From: Gammaproteobacteria bacterium | GTDB taxonomy: Bacteria > Pseudomonadota > Gammaproteobacteria > SZUA-229 | DNA: 64,000 nucleotides | Direction: 5' to 3' | Assembly (NCBI GenBank): GCA_041589455.1 | Contig: JBFHVQ010000002.1 | Span: 9,120-73,119, forward strand | Shown: positions 10,432 through 20,120 of the stretch, one piece after another | Numbering within the stretch: the stretch's first letter is position 1 | Layout: every line of letters begins with the position of its first letter | Position numbers and translations under genes: made by a program | The notes under the pieces: model-generated | The model's database searches: none | Told to the model about the DNA's origin: nothing | What the model saw: the letters and a program-made list of their open reading frames with translations, nothing else

Positions 10432-11650
10432 TTGGGTTTAACGTTCTACTTGAATTATCTTGTATGAATGGCTTCGACCTTAGGGGCATTTTATCAACAG
10501 GAAAATCTATTGAAGTAACAACAACACGCTCTCCTGTTTTAATACCTGACTCGATATAAACAACTTCAGCATCCTTTCCATATAATCTGACATGACGCCT
10601 TTCCAGCTGATCATTATGATTAACCAACCATAACTCATCAGCACCTCGTAAAGCTACGCGTGGAATCTTGAAAACATTTTCCTTAGGCTCTCCTGTCAAA
10701 ACAGCCCTGACAAACATGCCTGGCGTCAGCGGCGGCACATTCAACTGTATCGCCTGTTCATATGGCTTGTCGATTTTTGCTACCAGTTTAATTAAACGAC
10801 TTTTTGCATCAAGTTGATGCTCCAGATATGAAAACTCAGCTCCCCACTGATAACTAGCATTCTGATATTCGGCGCTCAAACTAATTTTAATATCATTAAA
10901 CTGACTATTATCACCTAAATTAACACCCAGCAGATGAATCTGTTGCAGGCTCAATGGTAGACCAACTTCTACAGACTCTATCGAGTAAACATCTGCCAGA
11001 ACGGTCCCACTCGCAACAAACTGTCCCTGATCAATAAACTTTTTACTGACTCTGCCATCAAACGGCGCTTCGATTTTAGTTCGCTGTAATTGCAGTTTAG
11101 CTAATTCATAATCAGCTTTTGCCGACTTAAGACTAGCCTGAGCTTCAATCAGGTGTGGTTTTTTTAATGCATAATCAGTACTCGATGAAACATTGCGACC
11201 AATCTGTTTTAAATCAAACCTTGCCTGTTCAGCTTCAATTTTTACACGCGCCAGTTTTTGCTCTGCCGAAGCAACATTTGACTCGGATCTGGCGAGAGCC
11301 AACTGATATTCTAAATCTTCTATTTGAAGTAATAGATCGCCTTTTTTAAATTTTCCAGCCCTGAACTTTGCAGGCGATACATAGTCAATTTTACCACTGA
11401 CTTCCGCCACCAGACTAATTGCCTGACTGGCAGCGACATTGCCCTGTGAAACAATCGGAACTGATATTGATTCAGACTTCGCGACAATGTACTCAACCAA
11501 CGGCGGCTCATCTCGAACTATCTTTTTTTCAGCTTCTGGCTTAAATATAACCAGTAGAACAACAATAATTATAGATACGCTAAACACGATACCGACATAC
11601 AATCCCTGCCTGTTATTAGCGAGCTGATCTTTGCTCTTGTGTTCATTCAT
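10424..11650 (-). CDS. RND efflux periplasmic adaptor (MFP/HlyD family)
   Basis: N-terminal TM, coiled-coil hairpin and beta-barrel regions. Its stop overlaps the permease start by 8 nt. Confidence 0.9.
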   Translation of the reverse strand: MNEHKSKDQLANNRQGLYVGIVFSVSIIIVVLLVIFKPEAEKKIVRDEPPLVEYIVAKSESISVPIVSQGNVAASQAISLVAEVSGKIDYVSPAKFRAGKFKKGDLLLQIEDLEYQLALARSESNVASAEQKLARVKIEAEQARFDLKQIGRNVSSSTDYALKKPHLIEAQASLKSAKADYELAKLQLQRTKIEAPFDGRVSKKFIDQGQFVASGTVLADVYSIESVEVGLPLSLQQIHLLGVNLGDNSQFNDIKISLSAEYQNASYQWGAEFSYLEHQLDAKSRLIKLVAKIDKPYEQAIQLNVPPLTPGMFVRAVLTGEPKENVFKIPRVALRGADELWLVNHNDQLERRHVRLYGKDAEVVYIESGIKTGERVVVTSIDFPVDKMPLRSKPFIQDNSSRTLNPNE

Positions 11651-11663
11651 AATTGTTTATTGG

Positions 11664-13013
11664 CTATTCGCTTTTATGGGTTAATATAGTGTCAACATCT
11701 TCCTCTATCATTTCAACCTTCTCAATTTTCTCAAATCTTGACGTTATCTTCCTGGCAGATGTATGTACCTCACTGACATCTTTATTTGCCTGTGATATAT
11801 GCTTAGCCAGATTATCCATGCGCATCTGAAATCGAGAAAAGTCTTTTGATAATGCAACCAGGTGCTCTTGTATCAAGTGCACCTGTTTTCGTGTTGCTGA
11901 ATCTTTCAAAACTGCGCGCGCTGTGGTTAGCACAGCCATTAATGTTGTAGGCGAAACCATCCAGACACGCGCTCGCTGAGACTCTTCTACAAGATCATAG
12001 TAGTGTGCATGTATTTCAGCAAATATTGCTTCTGCCGGTATAAACATCACCGCGCCGTCAGATGTCTCTCCGGGTATAATGTATTTTCCTGCAATATCAT
12101 TTACATGCTTTTTAATATCTTTTTTAAATTGTTTTTCAGCCGCCATACGCTCAATTTCAGACGCCTCAATATCCATCATCTTCTGATAGGACTCTAATGG
12201 AAATTTTGAATCGATTGCAATATCACCGCTTGGCTCTGGCAGAAACAGCATACAGTCTACCCGCGTGCTATTCGACAAGGTATATTGAAATGAAAAACTG
12301 TTTTCCGGCATTACATTACGCACCAGCGATGCCAGCTGCACCTCACCAAAGGCACCACGTGATCGCTTGTCGGCTAGTACCTCCTGGAGACTAACGACAT
12401 TACCTGATAGTTCAGTGATTTTCTTCTGCGCCTCATCGATCAGTGCCAATCGTTTTACTACATCAGCAAAGGTTGCCGTGGTTTTTTCAAAACCCTCATT
12501 AAGACGTTTATCTACCTGACCTGATATTTCTTTAAGGCGCAAATCAGTTGACTGAGTCAAGGCTTCAACTTTCTTACCGAGTGCCTCACCATTTCGAGAC
12601 AGTGCTTCCGTTACCTGATTTCGTACTTCAGACATGCCTAGTGTTAGACTATCCTGTTGTGTTTTCAATGCATCTAACTGACGCGCCTCAAATGACTCAC
12701 GATGGCGATTTAAACCAAGTTGTATAGATTCACTATTACTAGCCATTTTTTCCATAAGCTGACTAGTCAGTTCAGCGACTCTTCGTTCCTGGGAAGTCTG
12801 TAGATCATGCATCTTTTCAGACAACATGTTCTGAATTTCATTCAACTGTTGCGTTTGTTGCTGCCTGTCCTGTACCAACTGCTCCTGCAACACTTGTAAC
12901 AATTGACTCTTATAGAGTCTGAACTGACTACTCAGCCACCAGAACAGGGCGACAATCACCAGTGCTATCGCAATTGCAAATATCAGTAGTTGATTGTCCA
13001 AGTCTACATTCAT
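11664..13013 (-). CDS. rmuC: DNA recombination protein RmuC
   Basis: N-terminal TM, long coiled coil and a conserved C-terminal nuclease-like region (GAFGE...VDCMLFLP...IAIDSKFPL...VMFIPAE). Confidence 0.9.
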   Translation of the reverse strand: MNVDLDNQLLIFAIAIALVIVALFWWLSSQFRLYKSQLLQVLQEQLVQDRQQQTQQLNEIQNMLSEKMHDLQTSQERRVAELTSQLMEKMASNSESIQLGLNRHRESFEARQLDALKTQQDSLTLGMSEVRNQVTEALSRNGEALGKKVEALTQSTDLRLKEISGQVDKRLNEGFEKTTATFADVVKRLALIDEAQKKITELSGNVVSLQEVLADKRSRGAFGEVQLASLVRNVMPENSFSFQYTLSNSTRVDCMLFLPEPSGDIAIDSKFPLESYQKMMDIEASEIERMAAEKQFKKDIKKHVNDIAGKYIIPGETSDGAVMFIPAEAIFAEIHAHYYDLVEESQRARVWMVSPTTLMAVLTTARAVLKDSATRKQVHLIQEHLVALSKDFSRFQMRMDNLAKHISQANKDVSEVHTSARKITSRFEKIEKVEMIEEDVDTILTHKSE

Positions 13014-13148
13014 ACTAAACTCTCATTAAAATTACTATTCATGGCAACAATTACCATTATTTACCTATATCCCACACGATAATCCCTTTTTTAGCTCACC
13101 TTTTCCGAGGTATCATTGCCACTTTTCATATTTCACAACAATACCACA

Positions 13149-14015
13149 ATGCCAAATATTCTTCTCACCGGTGTCGCTACTCTGGACACCATTAATCAGG
13201 TAGCACACTACCCACCAGAGGATAGCGAAGTCAGGGCGTCAGTACAGCAACTACGCCTGGGGGGAAATGCGGCTAATTCGGCTGTTGTGCTTCAGCAACT
13301 CGGTGCGCATACTTTCCTTCTGGCAAATCGTGCCGATGACAATCAGGCCGACTTTATTTTCACACAACTGGAACAGCGCGGCATTAACACCGGCTTCTGT
13401 CCTGTTCAAATGGATAGCTGTACCCCGACATCTTATATCACCCTTAGCCAGAGTACTGGCTCACGTAGCATTGTACATTACCGTAAGCTCGATGAACTCA
13501 ACAGCAAAGACTTCAAAACACTCCCACTGGAGACTTTCGACTGGTTACATTTCGAAACGCGTGACTGTCATAATCTGTTATTGATGCTGCAACACGCCAG
13601 TCAATATGCAGCAACAATTTCTCTGGAACTTGAAAAACCACGAGAACACATAGATTCCGTGATTCCATTTGCTGATTTACTGTTAATCTCACGCCCATTT
13701 GCAGAAGCCCGTTACTTTCAGTCAGCGAAAGAGTGCTTACAGCATTTTTCACAACTCTTCCCAGATAAAACCATTAGCTGTACCTGGGGTGATGCAGGTG
13801 CCTGGATATATCATCAGAACAATATAATTCACCAGGCTGCATTTCCGGCAAGCCCACTAATTGAAAGCCTGGGCGCTGGTGACACCTATAATGCTGCAAT
13901 TATTTATGCACTGGCAAACATGCAACCGGTCAATGCCGCTATCAAATCCGCTTGCCAGCTTGCTGCGAAAAAATGCACACAAACTGGATTCGATAACTTA
14001 ACCTTAAAGACATAG
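13149..14015 (+). CDS. PfkB-family sugar kinase (ketohexokinase-like)
   Basis: GGNAANSA and GAGDTYNAA motifs. ATG 13149 is preferred over the TTG at 13116. Confidence 0.8.
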   Translation: MPNILLTGVATLDTINQVAHYPPEDSEVRASVQQLRLGGNAANSAVVLQQLGAHTFLLANRADDNQADFIFTQLEQRGINTGFCPVQMDSCTPTSYITLSQSTGSRSIVHYRKLDELNSKDFKTLPLETFDWLHFETRDCHNLLLMLQHASQYAATISLELEKPREHIDSVIPFADLLLISRPFAEARYFQSAKECLQHFSQLFPDKTISCTWGDAGAWIYHQNNIIHQAAFPASPLIESLGAGDTYNAAIIYALANMQPVNAAIKSACQLAAKKCTQTGFDNLTLKT

Positions 14016-14034
14016 TATTTAGTGGAGATTTAAT

Positions 14035-14370
14035 ATGTCAGACATTTTATGCAATATCAACGACATTACTGACCCTGGCGCAAAGGGCTTTAAACTGAAA
14101 CAGGGACGCAATGAGCTACTGGTTTTCGTTGTAAAAAAAGAAGGGCAGATTTATGGCTATGAAAATGCCTGCCCTCACGCAGGAATCAATCTTGAATGGC
14201 AGGAGGATGACTTCCTGGATATCAATAAAGAACATATCCAGTGTTCGGTTCATGGTGCGTTATTTAAAATTGAGAACGGCGACTGTATGGGTGGACCCTG
14301 CAATGGAGAGGGCCTGACACCCGTCAACCTCACACAGGATGAGCAGGGTAATATCAGCCTGTCTGAATAA
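14035..14370 (+). CDS. small stand-alone Rieske [2Fe-2S] protein
   Basis: CPHAG...CSVHGALF (CxH...CxxH) ligand boxes. At 111 aa there is no catalytic oxygenase domain. Confidence 0.8.
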   Translation: MSDILCNINDITDPGAKGFKLKQGRNELLVFVVKKEGQIYGYENACPHAGINLEWQEDDFLDINKEHIQCSVHGALFKIENGDCMGGPCNGEGLTPVNLTQDEQGNISLSE

Positions 14371-14378
14371 CGATTCAC

Positions 14379-15284
14379 ATGCTATCACTGGCGACTCGCC
14401 TGTTTCCTGTCTGGGCCATTATTGGCTGTTATCTTGCCTGGCTTTCACCGGCGCTTTTCGCCTCTCTGAAACCAGGCATATTCCCTTTGCTGGCATTAAT
14501 TATGTTCAGCATGGGGTTGACGCTGCATTTTGATGACTTTTCTCGCGTCTTCAAAACCCCACGCCTGATTGCACTGGGCCTGTTACTGCAATACAGCATT
14601 ATGCCAGCACTTGCTTTGCTGGTCTCCGCTACCCTCGGCCTGTCGCCTCTATTAACTGCTGGCATGATACTGGTTGGCGCAAGCCCTGGCGGCACCGCTT
14701 CTAATGTTATCTGTTATCTAGCGGGCGCCAACGTTGCTCTTTCGATCACCCTGACCAGCCTGTCGACCCTACTGGCAATATTTCTAACGCCCTGGCTAAG
14801 CTGGTTTTATATCGACACCTCTATTCATGTACCGGCACTGGAGATGCTGAAAAGCATCTTCATGCTGGTGATAATACCTGTTAGCCTGGGCATTTTAATC
14901 AACCACTACCTGCATCGAAAGCTCACGCCTGTTCGCGAACTGTTTCCACTCATATCGGTTTTAGCCATCGTGACAATTATTTCTATTGTCGTCGCACTTA
15001 ATCATGAACGACTAGGCACCCTTAGCCTGATGCTGGTACTTGCGGTGGTTATACATAATCTGAGTGGGTTGGGGATCGGTTATGTAACGGCAAAATTTTT
15101 CGGATACAAAGAACAGGACTGCCGCACACTAGCGATCGAAACCGGCATGCAAAACTCCGGACTCGCAGTGGCTCTGGCAGTGAAATACTTTAGCCCGCTG
15201 GCAGCACTACCCGGTGCTATTTTCAGTATCTGGCACAATCTTAGCGGCTCTTTACTGGCCGCACTTTGGCGCAGCAGACGCTAA
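14379..15284 (+). CDS. bile acid:Na+ symporter (BASS) family transporter
   Basis: About 9-10 TM segments, with GASPGGTASNV and ETGMQNSGLA signature segments. Confidence 0.85.
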   Translation: MLSLATRLFPVWAIIGCYLAWLSPALFASLKPGIFPLLALIMFSMGLTLHFDDFSRVFKTPRLIALGLLLQYSIMPALALLVSATLGLSPLLTAGMILVGASPGGTASNVICYLAGANVALSITLTSLSTLLAIFLTPWLSWFYIDTSIHVPALEMLKSIFMLVIIPVSLGILINHYLHRKLTPVRELFPLISVLAIVTIISIVVALNHERLGTLSLMLVLAVVIHNLSGLGIGYVTAKFFGYKEQDCRTLAIETGMQNSGLAVALAVKYFSPLAALPGAIFSIWHNLSGSLLAALWRSRR

Positions 15285-15296
15285 CCTACCGCTTTA

Positions 15297-15776
15297 TCAA
15301 CTGGCCTTACCACAACATTTTTTATATTTCTTACCACTGCCACAATAGCAGGAATCATTCCTGCCAGGAAGCGGCGCACTTAGAACAACAGCACTTTCTA
15401 TCTGCTCACCATCAAGATAGAGCCACACCCCATCCTGCCTGACAAATCGACTCAACTCATGCATCTGCCCGGCAATTCCGCTCTCAACATAACTGGCTAT
15501 AAATTCAACACTGGCTTCATCGCCCTGACTTTGATGCCGTATCACGTTTAACCCAGTCCAGTGTACTCCAGGTGACAAGGTCAGCTGTAATGGACATGTT
15601 GATGGATGCCAGCTCGCCCTGATAAAAGCTTCATTGCCGCTCTGATAAGCAACATAACGTGAGCGCATCAGCTGCTCAGCGGTCTCTGCTCGACGCTTTC
15701 CATGAATAATAGAAAAGCAACACTCATCTGAATTTTCACCACTCCCACAGAGACATTTTTCGCTCATATTGGCCAT
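15297..15776 (-). CDS. ychJ: YchJ-family protein with SEC-C motifs
   Basis: N-terminal CLCGSG..CC and C-terminal CYCGSGKKYKKCCG SEC-C metal-binding motifs, plus MRSRYVAY. Confidence 0.85.
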   Translation of the reverse strand: MANMSEKCLCGSGENSDECCFSIIHGKRRAETAEQLMRSRYVAYQSGNEAFIRASWHPSTCPLQLTLSPGVHWTGLNVIRHQSQGDEASVEFIASYVESGIAGQMHELSRFVRQDGVWLYLDGEQIESAVVLSAPLPGRNDSCYCGSGKKYKKCCGKAS

Positions 15777-15863
15777 CCAATTTAAACTATCTAACTGATT
15801 TTAATATAAATATGATACAAATACTGCACAAAGGAAAGATCTGTCTTTTACCTCTGGGGGATA

Positions 15864-15892
15864 TTGACAATTGCAGCAACTGATACTATTGT
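15864..15892 (+). promoter_or_regulatory. candidate sigma70 promoter for the TusA-like gene
   Basis: TTGACA (15864-15869), 17-nt spacer, TATTGT (15887-15892). It lies 62 nt upstream of ATG 15954. Confidence 0.5.
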
Positions 15893-15953
15893 AAGTAAAC
15901 GATCACTAACTTGATCTATACAAAAATGTTTCTGAATAATGAGGAGAAACCCA

Positions 15954-16181
15954 ATGAGTTTCGACGCTGAATTAGACGCTAAAGGTCTAAACTGCCCCCT
16001 GCCTATCCTGCGCGCCAAGAAAGCTATTGCTGAACTGTCTGCAGGTCAGGTTTTAAAAATTGTTGCTACTGACCCAGGTTCAGTAAAAGACTTTGAAGCT
16101 TTCTGCAAACAGACTGGTAACGAATTACTGTCTAGCGCAGAAGCTGGTGGAGCTTTCGAGTTCATGATCAAGAAGTCTTAA
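15954..16181 (+). CDS. tusA: TusA/SirA-family sulfur carrier protein
   Basis: LDAKGLNCPLPILRAKKA active-site Cys motif. GAGGAG SD 7 nt upstream of ATG 15954; the track start at 15939 lies inside the SD. Confidence 0.85.
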   Translation: MSFDAELDAKGLNCPLPILRAKKAIAELSAGQVLKIVATDPGSVKDFEAFCKQTGNELLSSAEAGGAFEFMIKKS

Positions 16182-16202
16182 TCGACATATTGATTATAAA
16201 AA

Positions 16203-16227
16203 GGCACCAGCTTCTGGTGCCTTTTTT
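16203..16227 (+). terminator. rho-independent terminator after the TusA-like gene
   Basis: GGCACCAG / CTGGTGCC perfect stem, short loop, followed by TTTTTT. Confidence 0.8.
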
Positions 16228-16260
16228 AATTGTACCATTACATTTAGTCAAACAAGGCCA

Positions 16261-16875
16261 TTGACCTTGACCAAACGACTCTCAGCAGAAGAAAGACGCG
16301 CCTCGATCATTACTGTTGCCAAGCGACTATTTGCAACTAACGGTTTCCATGGCGTTTCAATCGACGAAATTGTTAAAGAAGTCGGCGTCAGCCCAGCCAT
16401 CCTGTACCGACACTTCGAATCTAAAGAAGAGCTCTACAAAGCCGTACTTCAGGAATTTTCAGCCACTCGTGAATCCTATGTTGAAACCATTGTCGCAGAC
16501 GACATTGGCTTTGAGCAGGTTCTACGCGGCATGACAACCGTATTTGTTGCCAGCATTATGAATCACCCTGATATGCTGAAAATGGAAATGCACTCCCAGT
16601 TAGAAGGCTCTGCTGCCAGCCAGGAATTTTTCCTTAATCGCTGGAAAAGCTTTACTGATTATATAGAATTTAATCTGACGGAACTTCAGGCCCAGGGTAA
16701 AATCAAAACCATCAATGCACAGGCTGCGGCACTGATGTACCAGGGCATTATAAGAGAGGTCCTGCTACTCAAATGCATGCAACCAACCGATCGACTGCAG
16801 GACACACCCGTTGCCTTACTGGTCGATGAAGTGATTACACTATTTATGAAAATTATTGAAGCCAAGCGAAAATAA
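16261..16875 (+). CDS. TetR-family transcriptional regulator
   Basis: N-terminal HTH (FATNGFHGVSIDEIVKEVGVSPAILYRHFESKEELY). TTG start. Confidence 0.85.
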   Translation: MTLTKRLSAEERRASIITVAKRLFATNGFHGVSIDEIVKEVGVSPAILYRHFESKEELYKAVLQEFSATRESYVETIVADDIGFEQVLRGMTTVFVASIMNHPDMLKMEMHSQLEGSAASQEFFLNRWKSFTDYIEFNLTELQAQGKIKTINAQAAALMYQGIIREVLLLKCMQPTDRLQDTPVALLVDEVITLFMKIIEAKRK

Positions 16876-16887
16876 CCGGGGTTAACC

Positions 16888-17463
16888 ATGATAAAAAAAA
16901 TCTTCCTTTCCACACTTCTGCTAGTTCTATCATCAACTGCATTTGCTACAGACAAGTCGCAGGTACGTATCATCACTAACAAAGGAATTATTGAGCTTGA
17001 ACTCAACCCAGAAAAAGCCCCTAATACAGTGAAGAATTTTTTACAGTATGTCGATAACGGACTCTACAACGGCACCATCTTTCACCGTGTTATTAAAAAT
17101 TTCATGATTCAGGGCGGTGGCTTTGATAAAGATCTGAACCGTAAACAAACTTTAGCACCTGTGAACAATGAAGCGTTTAACGGTCTGAAAAACGAGCGCG
17201 GAACCATTGCAATGGCACGCACTAATATGCCCCACTCGGCCACTTCTCAATTCTTTATTAACACCGTAGATAATGAGTTTTTAAACTTCAGAGAAAAAAC
17301 CATGCGTGGCTGGGGCTACACTGTGTTCGGAAAAGTAACCAAAGGCATGAAGGTCGTCGATGCTATCGAAAACATCCCTACAGGTGCCCGAGGGGTTTTT
17401 AGACAAGATGTTCCAGCCGAAGATATTATTATTGAAAAAATAGAAGTGATAACTTCAAAATAG
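16888..17463 (+). CDS. ppiA: periplasmic cyclophilin-type peptidyl-prolyl isomerase
   Basis: Signal peptide plus FHRVIKNFMIQGGGF and SQFFIN cyclophilin motifs. Confidence 0.9.
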   Translation: MIKKIFLSTLLLVLSSTAFATDKSQVRIITNKGIIELELNPEKAPNTVKNFLQYVDNGLYNGTIFHRVIKNFMIQGGGFDKDLNRKQTLAPVNNEAFNGLKNERGTIAMARTNMPHSATSQFFINTVDNEFLNFREKTMRGWGYTVFGKVTKGMKVVDAIENIPTGARGVFRQDVPAEDIIIEKIEVITSK

Positions 17464-17464
17464 T

Positions 17465-20005
17465 TTAAATATTATTCTTATTAAGTTCAGCTATTGGCGT
17501 TGATACATAGTTACCCTGAATATGATCAACGCCACATATTTTTAACAACCTTAAAATCTCAGGACTTTCCACATATTCCGCCACTGTACTACATCCCAAT
17601 GAATGCGCAACATCATTCATTGCGGTTACAATCGCCCGATCAATAGCGCCTCGCGCCATACCTTTAACAAATTGCCCATCAATTTTAACAAAGTCTGCTG
17701 GCAGACTTTTAAGCTGAGAAAACGAGCAAAACCCGGAACCAAAATCATCTAGAGAAAAACGACATCCCATTGCTTTCATTTCTTCAATAAAATGACTAGC
17801 CGCATTAAAATTAGCAATAGCACAGGTTTCCGTTACTTCGAAAATTAATGACGATGTATCTGCCGGGCACTGTTCAACCATCTCCTTTATTTTCAAAAGA
17901 CTGTCTTCTGAAGATATGGTTTGCCCTGAAAGATTAATCGAAAATGAAATATTTGATCGGTGCAAGTGAACCTCGCCGAGCACCTCTAATGCTTTATGTA
18001 TAACCCATAGATCCACTTCAGACATCAAATTAAAACGTTCAGCTGTCGGTATAAAAGCATCTGGATAATAGATCCCCGCCACCTCATCTTTCATACGCAA
18101 CAGGATTTCATAATGAAGAGGATTCTTTTCATCATCAACATATTTAGACCACAAGATTCCATCTTCAGCCGGTAGATGACTCAAATCAACAGACGACAAC
18201 TTTAAAATTGGCTGATAATGCAATTCGAAACGATCTTCAAGCATCGCTTCTCGCAAACGCTGCGACCAGCCAAGCTCGCTTCCCATAAGATTTTTTTCAT
18301 CGCTCGTCTTCTCATATAGATGTGTCTGATTACGACCACTTCGTTTAGCTATATGGCATGCTATGTCTGCATTTGCCAGCACATCTCCAGCTGTCATGCC
18401 ACTGTTCTCAATTAATGCCACGCCAAAGCTGCCATGCACATTATAATTTTCACCAGCATAGCTAAACTGAAATTTCTCAAGAACCTGACGAAATGTTTCT
18501 GTCACGATCATTGCGGACTCTTCGTCGACATCTTTTAGTATGATCGCAAACTCATCTCCGCCCAACCTAGCCAAAGTATCTTTTGCACGCAACTTAATAG
18601 ATAATAATTTAGCTATTTCAATTAATAATCGATCACCAGCATCATGACCCGCAGTATCATTAATATATTTAAATCGATCAAGATCTAGATATACTAGCGC
18701 ACTTTTAATTTCTGTTGCGCACACTCGACTAACTTCTGAATCAAGTTGATCTTCAAAATATCGTCTATTACAGAGCTTAGTTAAGTGGTCATGGGTTGCT
18801 TGCCAGTGCAGCTTCTCTTCAAGCATTTTACGTTCAGAAATATCCCTAAACGCAATAACTGAACCTTCCTGCTTATCGTGAATTCTTAACGGATAAACCG
18901 TACACTCAACAGGCACCGGCTTACCACAGGCATGTTTAAATACAGTCTCCCAGCTTCTAAGCTCCACCCCCTGACCATAAGAACGATACAATCTATCATG
19001 ACTTAATATTTTTTCATCGAGGTCATAATGAAAAGCTTCTGCTGCAGACACACCAATGATTTTTTCATCACTGGTTTTACCAACAATATTCAGTGCTGTG
19101 GGATTTACAAACGTAACAACACCTGCTTTATCGACGCCGTAAACCCCTTCACCAACAGATTCTAGTATACCGGCAAGTCGCTCCCGCTCTGACTCACTAT
19201 GCTTCTGCACTTCTATAAATCGACTCATTGAAGCGATACGCGCGAGAAACAATTCCTCTGCCTCGTTCTTGAACATACACTCAACAGCACCGGATTCAAG
19301 GCAGTCTTTAATCACTTCATCCAGATAGGTTCCGGTAATAACCGCCGTGCGAATTTTAGAGGTGCGTTTATCATCTCTTAATTTCTGACACAAAATATAG
19401 CCATTCTGTTCCGGCATAAAATAATCTACAATTGCCAGATCATATTTATTAGTTATCGCCAATTCATATGCTTGCTGTACAGAGTCTGCTGTTTCAGTAA
19501 TATATCCATGACGAGTTAACAGCCGCTGATAATAGTGTCGAATACTAGCCGAATCATCCACAAACAAAATACGAATCCCTGTGGACGATGCACTTATAAC
19601 TTGCTGCTTCTCCTTCTCGACTCGTGGCCCAAGAAGCTTTTGTAATGTGCCCACATATTCCTGATAATTTTCCCAGGGCACCAAAGCTGCATAATGTCGT
19701 CTCCCCATCCAGTTGAGCACATCTACATTCGCATCGTGAGAGATAATCAGGACAGGTATATTGTAAAACTGGCGCGTTTCAAGCAACCGAATCAGGCGAT
19801 CAGCAGTAGCATGCTGTTTATAGTTTGGCCAGCCGATGACAACCGCCTGGTATTCCCCATATTTCAATAATTCGTCATACGCTACTTCAAAAGTTTTAGC
19901 ATCGACCAGCTCATAACCCTGTTTGACGAGCCCTTTCACAAGGATATACCTTAACGTCGCTGATTCCTCAACCAGGAGTATGCGCTGCTTAACACTCTCT
20001 GTCAT
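17465..20005 (-). CDS. REC(pseudo)-REC-PAS-GGDEF-EAL c-di-GMP turnover protein
   Basis: Two receiver domains; the first lacks the acidic pocket and the phospho-Asp. PAS domain, intact RLGGDEFAI, and an EAL domain (YEILLR, DDFGSGFCSF, QGNY). Confidence 0.9.
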   Translation of the reverse strand: MTESVKQRILLVEESATLRYILVKGLVKQGYELVDAKTFEVAYDELLKYGEYQAVVIGWPNYKQHATADRLIRLLETRQFYNIPVLIISHDANVDVLNWMGRRHYAALVPWENYQEYVGTLQKLLGPRVEKEKQQVISASSTGIRILFVDDSASIRHYYQRLLTRHGYITETADSVQQAYELAITNKYDLAIVDYFMPEQNGYILCQKLRDDKRTSKIRTAVITGTYLDEVIKDCLESGAVECMFKNEAEELFLARIASMSRFIEVQKHSESERERLAGILESVGEGVYGVDKAGVVTFVNPTALNIVGKTSDEKIIGVSAAEAFHYDLDEKILSHDRLYRSYGQGVELRSWETVFKHACGKPVPVECTVYPLRIHDKQEGSVIAFRDISERKMLEEKLHWQATHDHLTKLCNRRYFEDQLDSEVSRVCATEIKSALVYLDLDRFKYINDTAGHDAGDRLLIEIAKLLSIKLRAKDTLARLGGDEFAIILKDVDEESAMIVTETFRQVLEKFQFSYAGENYNVHGSFGVALIENSGMTAGDVLANADIACHIAKRSGRNQTHLYEKTSDEKNLMGSELGWSQRLREAMLEDRFELHYQPILKLSSVDLSHLPAEDGILWSKYVDDEKNPLHYEILLRMKDEVAGIYYPDAFIPTAERFNLMSEVDLWVIHKALEVLGEVHLHRSNISFSINLSGQTISSEDSLLKIKEMVEQCPADTSSLIFEVTETCAIANFNAASHFIEEMKAMGCRFSLDDFGSGFCSFSQLKSLPADFVKIDGQFVKGMARGAIDRAIVTAMNDVAHSLGCSTVAEYVESPEILRLLKICGVDHIQGNYVSTPIAELNKNNI

Positions 20006-20120
20006 GACGTATAACCTTGCTTAACTTTAAGATGCTGATGAATAATAATGACGACCCATTAATTCTTTTTTTAGTCGGATGAAATATTTAAGAACCCCAG
20101 TCTGATGAATATAGCCTGTG

